DNA from: Cetorhinus maximus
Taxonomy: Eukaryota
Assembly: GCF_964194155.1 (NCBI RefSeq)
Contig: NC_135907.1
Coordinates: 19,778,001 to 19,842,000, forward strand
Reading direction: 5' to 3'
DNA: 64,000 nucleotides
In this document: one piece after another, positions 12,493 to 23,000 of the stretch
How the letters are laid out: each line of letters opens with the position of its first letter
Numbering within the stretch: the first letter of the stretch is position 1
Program-made: the position numbers and the translations under genes
Notes under the pieces: model-generated
Seen by the model: the letters and a program-made list of their open reading frames with translations, nothing else
What the model was told of the DNA's origin: nothing
The model's database searches: none

Positions 12493-13800
12493 TGGGAGAG
12501 TTTGATAGAGCTTTACTCTGTATCTAACCCCATGCTGTACCTGTCCTGGGAGTGTTTGATGGGGACAGTGTAGAGGGAGCTTTACTCTGTATCTAACCCC
12601 GTGCTGTACCTGTCCTGGGAGTGTTTGATGGGGACAGTGTAGAGGGAGCTTTACTCTATATCTAACCCCGTGCTGTACCTGTCCTGGGAGTGTTTGATGG
12701 GGACAGTGTAGAGGGAGCTTTACTCTGTATCTAACCCCGTGCTGTACCTGTCCTGGGAGTGTTTGATGGGGACAGTGTAGAGGGAGCTTTACTCTGTATC
12801 TAACCCCGTGCTGTACCTGTCCTGGGAGTGTTTGATGGGGACAGTGTAGAGGGAGCTTTACTCTGTATCTAACCCCGTGCTGTACCTGTCCTGGGAGAGT
12901 TTGATGGGGACAGTGTAGAGGGAGCTTTACTCTGTATCTAACCCCGTGCTGTACCTGTCCTGGGAGTGTTTGATGGGGACAGTGTAGAGGGAGCTTTACT
13001 CTGTATCTAACCCCGTGCTGTACCTGTCCTGGGAGTGTTTGATGGGGACAGTGTAGAGGGAGCTTTACTCTGTATCTAACCCCATGCTGTACCTGTCCTG
13101 GGAGTGTTTGATGGGGACAGTGTAGAGGGAGCTTTACTCTGTACCTAACCCCGTGCTGTACCTGTCCTGGGAGTGTTTGATGGGGACAGTGTAGAGGGAG
13201 CTTTACTCTGTATCTAACCCCGTGCTGTACCTGCCCTGGGAGTGTTTGATGGGGACAGTGTAGAGGGAGCTTTACTCTGTATCTAACCCCATGCTGTACC
13301 TGCCCTGGGAGTGTTTGATGGGGACAGTGTAGAGGGAGCTTTACTCTGTATCTAACCCCGTGCTGTACCTGTCCTGGGAGTGTTTGATGGGGACAGTGTA
13401 GAGGGAGCTTTACTCTGTATCTAACCCCATGCTGTACCTGCCCTGGGAGTGTTTGATGGGGACAGTGTAGAGGGAGCTTTACTCTGTATCTAACCCCATG
13501 CTGTACCTGCCCTGGGAGTGTTTGATGGGGACATTGTAGACGGAGCTTTACTCTGTATCTAACCCCGTGCTGTACCTGTCCTGGGAGTGTTTGATGGGGA
13601 CAGTGTAGAGGGAGCTTTACTCTGTATCTAACCCATGCTGAACCTGTCCTGGGAGTGTTTGATGGGGACATTGTAGAGGGAGCTTTACTCTGTATTTAAC
13701 CCTTGCTGCATCTGCCCTGGGAGTGTTTGATGGGGACAGTGTAGAAGGAGCTTTACTTTGTATCTAACCCATGCTGAACCTGTCCTGGGAGTGTTTGATT
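12493..13800. repeat. 69-bp tandem repeat (~19 copies)
   Basis: Unit gagctttactctgtatctaaccccgtgctgtacctgtcctgggagtgtttgatggggacagtgtagagg; gives the spurious 23-aa-periodic ORF 12412..13671. Confidence 0.97.
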
Positions 13801-16589
13801 CTGCCTTTGGATCTCAGCCATTGTTCCATTTCCAGCATTGACATTGCTCACACAGAAAAAGAATTCTCGATTGCAACAGACCAGTGAAGCTGTGTTTCAG
13901 GGATGGAGTCACAGTGCAGAATGTCTCACGTACAGAGGTGATGCATTATTCACATCGAGTCTCTTTCAAGCCCTGCAGCCTCAGCTGTAAGGGGATGTGG
14001 AGAGCTTTATTTAATTTAATCACGAGGAAGGCAATGTTTAATCTGGTTGACAAAGACCAACTAAGCTTTAGACAAGGGTGGTGGTATAGTGGTATTGTCA
14101 CTGGACTAACAGTCCAGAAATCCAAGGTAATACTTGGGGGAACCTGGGGATCAAATCCTACCATGGCAGATGGTGAAATCTAGAATTAAATTGTAATTGT
14201 TGTTAAAAACTCATCTGGTTTAGGGAAGCCACTGTCCTGGCCTGGCCTCTAGACCCACAGCAATGTGGTTTACTGTTAAATGCCTCCTGGCCAAGAGCAA
14301 TTAGAGGGGTGGGTAATAAATGCTGGCCTAGGCAGCAATGCTCACATCCAATGAATAAAAGAAATAAGCTGAACTAACACAATAAAAGGATGTCCAGACA
14401 CAGCAAGAGGCTTTAAAAGCACGGCTTTCAATAAGTTTACCTGATGCCTCCCTTCCAACTGTTGTAGTTCAAGTCATGGATCTGAGATCCATACCTTACA
14501 TGGATAGGGTTTAACTTAAGGCTGACATTTCTGAATCACGGAATGATACAGCACAGAAGGAAGCCATTTGGCCCATCATGTTTGTGCTGGCTCTATTGAC
14601 ATTTCATAATGAATCTGCTTTCCATCACCCTGTCAGGCAGTGCGTTTCAGATCATAGCAACTTGTAACCGTGTGTGTGTCAGAATTGTTTTCCCACTGAC
14701 CTTGAGTCCAGGAATCCAAGAGCATAGTCCATTAAGAACAGAAAGTGATTTGTCAACCATAAGTCCAAAGGAATATTCTATGTACCAACTGCTGAATCAT
14801 CCATTGAATCATTGAGCTGCTACATTTTTAATGAGACTCCAGCTTAGTTCATGCTATTTCAGCTCCAGCTTACCTTGCCAGTTTTGATTTTTCTGTGGTA
14901 TTACCTCTGTGAGTTTCACTCAGCCCGTACGTCTGCCTCCCTCTCAGGGGTCGAGTGGTGCGAATCACCAGCCGGGCTTCCCACTTCCCCTGCGTGCGAG
15001 TGGCCTTCGATGGGAGGTCACGGTCTAGATTCGGCAGCGTGAAGCCTTCCAGAGCCGGACAGCCTGTCAATGCTCAGAGTTCCAAAGTGTCCATTGTGGG
15101 GGGGTGGGGGGGGTGGTGGGGGTGGTGGGTGGCTGTAGAGTGGGGATTCTGCCTGTCTCAGAGACCGGGAGAAGCTTGTCCACATGGGGAGACTATCGTC
15201 AGCCATCTGCGCTGTTTCTCCGGGAAGAGTCGGCAGAAGCTGAGGAGAACCCATTCGGCCCAACAGGTCCGTGCTGGTCTTTATGCTCCCCATGAGCCTC
15301 CTCCCACCCAATTTCATCTCACCTTACCAGAATATCCTTCTATTCCTTTGCCCTGCATGTGTTTATCTATCTTCCCCTTAAATGTACTTCTGTTATTCAC
15401 CTCAACCACTCACTATGGCAGTGAGTTCCACATTCTCACCATTCTCTGAGTAAAGGCATTTCTGAGTTCATTCATTCTTCCTTCTTTCTTCCTCCCTCCC
15501 TCCTTTATCCCTTCCTTTCTTTCTTATTACTTTTTTCCACTCTGCCCCACAACTCTCTATTTCCTTCTCCCTCTGTGTATGTATCAAGCTTTCTCTTCTA
15601 GTACTTCAATGCTATCCCCTTCAACCATTCCAATCATTCAGTGTAAAAAAAAAATGTTAACAGGCAAAAGTACTGCATTATATACAGGTCTGGTAATGGT
15701 GGTGTTGTGGTAATGTCCCTGGACTAGTAATCTAGGACAAGCCAGGTTAATCAATGTGGGTTCAAATCTCACCATGGTGACTAGTGGAATTTAAACTCAA
15801 TTAAAACAAAATCAAAGTTGATAGCTAATTATTGATGATCATAAAAACCCATTTGGTTCACTAATGTCCTTTAGGGGAAGGAAATCTGCTGTCCTTACCT
15901 GGTCTGGCCTACATGTGACTCCAGACCCACAGCAATGTGGTTGACTCTTAACTGTCTCCTGAAATGGCCCCAGCAAACCACTCAGTTCAAGGGCAATAAA
16001 CGTTGGCCTTGACATTGTCCACCTAAGAATATAAAAACAGTTTTCTTGAGATAGAAGGGGTAGGGCAATCAATGAATGACACGTTGGTTGGGTCAAAAGT
16101 CTGTGCATCCTTTTAAGGTGACGTTTTCAATTCTCCCCTCTTCCTTACAGGGCCATCCCCTCCCCAGCTATGATATGCAGTCACGAACTCTGCTCCCTGT
16201 TGAAGCTGTCTGTTCAGAGATCTTGTGAATTTTTAACTAGTGCCTCGAAGGCGTCAGCAGTTACACTTTATAATGATGTCAGCAAAATACGCAAGAGGCA
16301 TCTTGCCAGTAGAGAAAGATTACTCAAGTGCTATTGGGTCTCAAAGGCCTTGATTTAATAACAGAATGATTCTGACCTATTGTCACGATCACATGCAAAC
16401 GCCTCTGTCGCTCTGGGATATTTTAGCCCAGGGAAAAGTTACAGCGGATTGCAAGAGATTAGATCTTTCTGCAGTCACCTCGTGCATGACCCTGGGCTGA
16501 TGCTGCAGTACAGGAATTAGCATGAGCAGTAATCTCCCCAGCCTCCCACATTCTCTTGTGTGTATCCTCTCGCTGTACCAATTGCCCTC

Positions 16590-17180
16590 TCTCTCCTTCA
16601 CGCTTTCATTTCTTTCCTTTATTTTTGCCTTTTTTTTTTCATTTTCCCTGTCGGTTATCTTTCTATCTAATCATTTTTTTAAATATTCTTTGTCCTTTTC
16701 TCTTTCTAATTTTCTGCCTTCCTCTCTGTCTTTCTGTCCCTTTTCATCTCCCTCTATTTCTTTTGTCTCTCCCTCTCTCTCTTTCTCCATCCCTTTTGTC
16801 TCCCCCTCTCTTTCTTCATCTCTTTTTGTCTCTCTCTCTCTCTCTATCTCCATGACTTATTGTCTTCCTCTCTCTATCGCTATCTCTTTTTGTCTTCTGC
16901 TTCTCTTTCCTGCCTCTCTCCTTTTTCCGACTCTCTCCTTTTTCTTTTCCTCTCTACCTTTGTCTCTCTCGCTCAGTCACCATTTCTGTTTGTGCGTCTA
17001 ATTATTTCTCTCCCTTTCTGCCCTCTCTTTCATTCTACCTCATTGTCCTTCTCATCTCTCTCTCTCTCTCTTCTATTTTTCTCTCTCCCTCTAAATCACT
17101 ATTTCTACGTATTTTGTGTTTCTGTCTTTGACAGTCTGTCCTCTCTTTCTCTACCCCACCTCCCCCTCCCATCTTTCTGG
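16590..17180. repeat. Pyrimidine-rich (CT) low-complexity tract
   Basis: Almost exclusively C/T on plus strand; produces S/L/F-rich spurious ORFs. Confidence 0.9.
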
Positions 17181-17724
17181 CAGCCCCCGCTACAGGAATA
17201 CGCCTCCAGTACTCTGCTCGGAGGGCAGAAGCAGTATGCGTCATCCTCCCTTAATTAATGACTGGTGTCTGACAATTACACAGCCAGGGAACATCACGCA
17301 GCACCTGAGGACTAACACTCCAGCTGACGCCATCTCCCTCAGGATCTGATACCAGAGCTGTGTGTTTGCGAAGTAAAATCCTTTCCCCTTCGCTTTGATT
17401 GTGTGTGGGGCCGTTGCATATTATTTGGCAACACAAAAGCATTGACCTATGCAGAGTTCTGCCTGTGGCCAAGAGTGTCAACGGCAGTGACATTTTCAGC
17501 AAGAGACCCAGGCTGTTGTATGTCCCTGGGCCTCCCAAAGACCAGCGAACGTCACAGCGTTCCCTCTCCGAACCATCTTTCTCGTGAGAGTTAGAAAGAG
17601 AAAAGAGGGTCAAAGAATAAAATAAGTGATTAGCTGGATGGATAACCAACTAAAATAGCAATAAGGAGAGAATGTACGTAAGAAGGAAAACAAAAAGAAT
17701 TGGTATAGGGAACAGATACGGGGA

Positions 17725-18080
17725 GATGGTGGTGTAGTGGTAATCCAGAGGCGCCAAGCTGATACTCTGGGACTATGGGCTCAAATCCCACCACCACCAC
17801 AGCTGGTGAAGTTTAAATTAAAGTAATAAACTCTGGAATATAAAGCTAGTCTCAATAGCTATTATCAATTTTTGTAAAAGCCCATCTGGCTTACTGATGC
17901 TCTTTAGGGAAGGAAATCTGCCATCCTTACCCGATCTGGCCTCCTTGTGAGTCCGGCCTCCACAGTAATGGGGTTGACTCTTAACTGCCCCCTGAAATGG
18001 CCGAGCAAGGCACTCAGTTCAAGGGCAACAAATGCTGGACTTGCTGGCGTTGCCCACATCCCATGAATGAATTAAAAAAA
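17725..18080 (+). mobile_element. tRNA-headed SINE (same family as 34350-34745)
   Basis: ggtggtgtagtggtaatcc...ctcaaatccc...agggaaggaaatctgcc...cactcagttcaagggcaacaaatgctgg...cccatgaatgaattaaaaaaa. Confidence 0.8.
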
Positions 18081-18122
18081 CAAGAGACTGACCATGGTGA
18101 CTGAAGACGTTGGCTGGGGTGG

Positions 18123-18445
18123 GCTACTGAGTGACAGTGTGAGGGAGCTGGATTAACATCAGTAGGGATATCCTCAGTAACACAGTGCGCTGGGGGGGGA
18201 GAGGGGTTACTGAGTGACAGTGTGAGGGAGCTGGATTAACGTCAGTAGGGATATCCTCAGTAACACAGGGCGCTGGGGGGAGAGGGGTTACTGAGTGACA
18301 GTGTGATGAAGCTGGATTAACATCAGTAGGGATATAGTCAGTAACACAGGGCGCTGGGGGGAGAGGGGTTACTGAGTGACAGTGTGAGGAAGCTGGATTA
18401 ACACCAGTGGGGAAAGGGTCAGTAACACAAGGCACTGGCTAGGAG
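18123..18445. repeat. ~81-bp tandem repeat (~4 copies)
   Basis: Unit gttactgagtgacagtgtgagggagctggattaacatcagtagggatatcctcagtaacacagggcgctggggggagagggg repeated four times. Confidence 0.93.
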
Positions 18446-19419
18446 AGGTTACTGACCCTCTGCCGAATGGCCTCCTGTGCCAATGAAACCTGTCATTCTA
18501 TACAGGGAATAACAGGAGCACATTTCAGTCGTGCAGAGCAGCGAGTCCTGGGTTTGATCCACAGCCTGCGCTGATCCTGGCAAGGGACCTGACCTTGGTC
18601 CTTCAGATTTAGAGGAGGTACCAATCAGGTCAGGCCCCTTGACTCTGAGCAGTGACACCCCCTCCCCTCTCCACTGGCAAGCGTATGCCTGCAGGAGTCA
18701 CACAAAGGCAGCATTCGACTGCACTGCGATGGTGACTACAGTTGAATAGCCCACTCCATAGGCTCAGTGCAGAAAGGCTGCACAGACAAGGAGCAATAGG
18801 GGATGCCAGTGACCATTGCACAGTACTGCGTTTGCGAGGAGAAGAGGAAAATAACAAGCAAGAGAGGGCTGGCAGCCCCTCTTTCAATAATCAGCGTTCA
18901 CAAGATATTTAATTTGTAACATCACACATTTGAAAAACCACCCAAGGTCAGTAAATGTGCAACCAGAGCTCCGGGGTGGGGACAGGTTGGACATAATCTG
19001 TCAATCAAGCCCCAGGGGAGGAGATGGAAATGGCGGGGGTAGTTAAGGAGACGGGGCATTAAAGTATTATTTTTAAAACCTACGAACCGAACATATGCAG
19101 GAAGCAATAAATCAGGATTGATGTGGAACCTTCCCGTTCGAATGCAGCTTCTGAGAAGGTTCATATTCGTTTGCCTGCCCCGCTCGTTTGTTCATTTTAT
19201 TCCCCAGTTTGCCGACTAAAAGTCGGAGATTTACGATCCTAGGGATGACCAGCTGTTAGCTCTGAAAATTGAAATAAGCTCTGAGATGAGAGTCTTGCGC
19301 CATGTGGAGTAACTCCTTAAAAAAGGACCCAAGTGTTTCGGGTCACCTTGAGCAAGATGGGTGGGTGTTTTACACCACCTTGTGTCTGCAGTGAGTTACT
19401 GCAAGCCAGGGATGAAAGA

Positions 19420-19860
19420 CGTGCATTTATATTGCGCATCTCACAACCTCAAGGAGTCCCAAAGCGCTTTACAGCCAATGAAGTGCTTTTGTCGTGTAGT
19501 CACTGTTGAAATTTAGGAAACGCTGCGACCAATTTGCACACATCCAGCTCCCACAGACAGCAATGTAAGAATCTGCTCTTTTTTTTAAGGGATGTTGGTT
19601 GAGGGATAAATCTTGTCCCAGTCAGAACTCCCCTGCTCTCCTCTGAAACAGTGCCATGTAATCATTTACGTCCGCCGGAGAGGGCAGATGGGAGCTCGGT
19701 TTAACGTCTCACCTGAAAGACAGCACCTCCAGTAGTGCAGCACTCCCTCAATACAATACCTGGGGGAGTGTCAGCCTTAATGTTTGTTCTTAAGTCTCTG
19801 GAGTGGGACTGAAGCCCTCACTCAATCTTCTGACTCCGGGGTAAGAGTGCTTTCTACTGA
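19420..19860 (-). mobile_element. DeuSINE (SacSINE1-like), near complete
   Basis: Reverse complement of the element at 3300-3660 including core tttaacgtctcacctgaaagacagcacctcc..gtgcagcactccctca and L2-like tail. Confidence 0.75.
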
Positions 19861-19982
19861 GTGGTGCAGCAAAAGTCGAAGAAAACTGATGGCGAGGCGG
19901 GGAGAGGAGAGACTCAGAGTTCATACCTCAGCCCTCACTAAATATTACACGAGTCACTCTCCATGGATCTATTGTCATAACA

Positions 19983-19988
19983 TTTATT
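19983..19988 (-). terminator. Polyadenylation signal of MUC15-like gene
   Basis: TTTATT on plus strand ~40 nt beyond the stop codon at 20029. Confidence 0.5.
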
Positions 19989-20028
19989 TGCATTATTGCT
20001 TCTGAGTGGAAAAAATGTAAAATATATT

Positions 20029-23000
20029 TTAGAGAAATATCTTCACCGAGCTTTCGGACATGGGTTTCAGCTGAATCTCGTCGCGGGTTTGCGGCTGGGA
20101 AACAGGGGCTTTAACCTCCCCCGCTGCCTGGTTCAGGGCTCGCTGTGACGTCACATGGTCTCCCTGACCCACTCGGCCAAGGTCAGGGATCAGGCTGCCG
20201 TAGAATCGATCAGCGGGCTCCACCGACACATCAAGGCTGAGAACTGGGAACGAAGCAGTGAGTGTTAAAGGTAAACTCGCTCCGCAATCTAATTCTACCT
20301 CCGGTCACCAGCCCCCACCATCAGCTTCACTGGCACAAGGTAAAGGTACCTCTGTGACCTCTGAAACCTGACCTTACAGCCTCCATTTGACACGCTATGG
20401 CCTCACCTTGTGACCTCTCAAACCCGGTCTCGGTTACGCATTACTATTGATGATAACTTAGAATCATAGAATGGTCACAGCGCTGAAGGAGGCCATTTGG
20501 CCCATCGGTCTGTCCCGGTTCTTTGTAACAGCAACTCAGCTAACGCCACTCCCCTCCCCCGCCCTTTCCCATAGCCCTACAGTTTTGAAACCCACGATTA
20601 AACCTGCCTTCACCACACTCTCAGGCAGTGCGTTCCGGCGGAGGGAATGAACGTTTGTGGATGGGGGGGACAATCAAGCGGGGCTGCTTTGTTCCGGATG
20701 GACGGTGTCAAGCTTCTCGAGTGTTGTGGGAGCTGCACTCATCCAGGCAAGTGGAGGGTATCCCATCACTGTGTAAAAAAAAAGTTTTTCCTCATGTCAC
20801 CGTTGGTTCTTTTGCCAATCAGCTCAAATCGATGTCCTCTGGTTCTCGATCCTTCCACCAATGGGAACAGTTTCTCCCAGTCTAATCTGTCCAGAACCAT
20901 CATGATTCTGAGGCAGTCCACACCCAGATGCAGCAAGACCTGGACAATATCCAGGCTTGGGCTAACAAGTGGCAAGTAACATTCACACCGCACAAGTGCC
21001 AGGCAATGACCATCTCCAACCTGAGGGAATCTAACCATCTCCCCTTGACATTCAATGGCATTACCATCATTGAATCCCCCACCATCAACATCCTGGGGGT
21101 TACCACTGACCAGAAACTGAACTGGATCAGCCATATAAATACTGTAGCTACAAGAGCAGGTCAGAGGCTAGGAATCCTGTGATGAGTAACTCACCACCTG
21201 ACTCCCCAAAGACTGTCCACCATCTACAAGGCACAAGTCAGGAGTGTGACTCACTTGCTTGAATAAGTACTGCTCCAACAACACTCAAGAAGCTTGACAC
21301 CATCCAGGACAAAGCAGCCCGCTTGATTGGCACCCCATCCACAAACATTCACTCCCTCCACCACCGACGCACAGTAGCAGCAGTGTGTACTATCTACAAG
21401 ATGCACTGCAGCAACTCACCAAGGCTCCTTAATCTGCACCTTCTAAACCCATGACCCTCTACCATCTAGAAGGACAAGGGCAGCAGACACATGGGAACAC
21501 CACCACCTGGAAGTTCCCCTTCGAGCCACTCACCATCCTGACTTGGAAATATATCGCCGTTCCTTCACTGTCACTGGGTCAAAATCCTGGAACTACCTCC
21601 CTAACAGCACTGTGGGTGTACCTACACCACATGGACTGCAGCGGTTCAAGAAGGCGGCTCACCACCACCTTCTCAAGGGCAATTAGGGATGGGCAATAAA
21701 TGCTGGCCCAGCCAGCGACGCCCATATCCCATGAATAATTTTTTAAAAACCCATCTCAATGTGCACAATATGCCACCCCTGTCTCCATTACATTAAGGGG
21801 CTAATTTATTGTGTTAAAATGGATAAACACCTCTGCTGAATGCCCAGGTTAAGTGCCTGTCTGCAGTTTTTAATCATTTGCAGGTAGGGGCTTGGAGGAC
21901 ACGCTTGGCCTGTGCTACAGGTCCCAGATTTGCCAGGGCATTCCTGGCTCTTCACTAAACCAGGACATCTCACAAGGTCTGTCCGGGCCATTGTCCTGGA
22001 CGTGGAGTTGACTGCGTCTCTTGGCAACCATGAGGTCGCGTTCGGTGGAGGACGTGCAGCAGGTGCTGCAGCTCCAGGTCAAAGCACTCAATGAGGGGAG
22101 AAACAGCTCGATAAAAATTTTGGAATGGGGCACAATTGCATAGACTTTCATGCTTTAGTGTGGAACTCAATATTACCGGTAACTGGTCAACATGTCCCGG
22201 TTCTGACTTTTGAAATCTGGTCACCCTCGCCTGTGCAGCTGGGCGATGGGAGAATGGGGCTGAAGCAGGGCCTGAGGCTGTCAAGTCACCCAATGCAACT
22301 GCCACTGGACATGAGGCCAGAGGGATAGTCACGGGGCCCAGGAAAAGTTAGGAATTGGAGCTTCTGCCAAAGGCGCAGAATTTGCAAAGATAGGTAGGAA
22401 AGTTTAAATTGTGAAGAGGACGTAAGGAGGCTACAAAGTGACATCGTTGGGTTAAGTGAGTGGGCAAAGATCTGGCAAGTAGAGTGTAATGTGGGCAAAT
22501 GTGAAATCGTTCATTTTGGCAGGAAGAATTAAAAAGAAACTTATTATCTAAATGGTGAGAGTTTACAGAGCTCTGAGATTCAGAGGGATCTGGGTGTCCT
22601 AGTGCATGAATCACAAAAGGTTGGTATGCAGGTACAGCAGGTAATTAGGAAAGCTAATTGAATGTTATCATTTATTGTAAGGGGAATTGATTACAAAAGT
22701 AGGGAGGTTATGCTTCAGTTGTACAGGGTACTGGTGAGACCACATCTGGACTATTGTACAGTACTGGTCTCCTTATTTAAAGAAAGATATAAAGGCGTTA
22801 GAACAGTTCAGAGAAGGTTTCCTAGACTAATATCAGGACGGGTTGTCTTATGAAGAAAGACAGGACAGGTTAAGTTTGTATCCACTGGAATTTAGAAGAG
22901 TAAGAGGTGACTTATTTGAGACATTTAAGATCCTGAGGGGTCTTGACAGGGTAGATGTGGAGAGGATGTTTCCTCTTGTGGGAGAATCTAGAACTAGGGG

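Noticed and set aside
12412-13671. 419-aa ORF of 23-aa repeats; also superficially CRISPR-like regularity
   Set aside because: Simply the 69-bp satellite read in a stop-free frame; no unique spacers, no cas genes, eukaryotic context.
16522-17258. Hydrophobic S/L/F-rich ORFs resembling membrane proteins
   Set aside because: Translation of a CT-rich low-complexity tract.
20144-20155. Perfect palindrome TGTGACGTCACA (CRE)
   Set aside because: Single site inside a coding exon; no supporting context.
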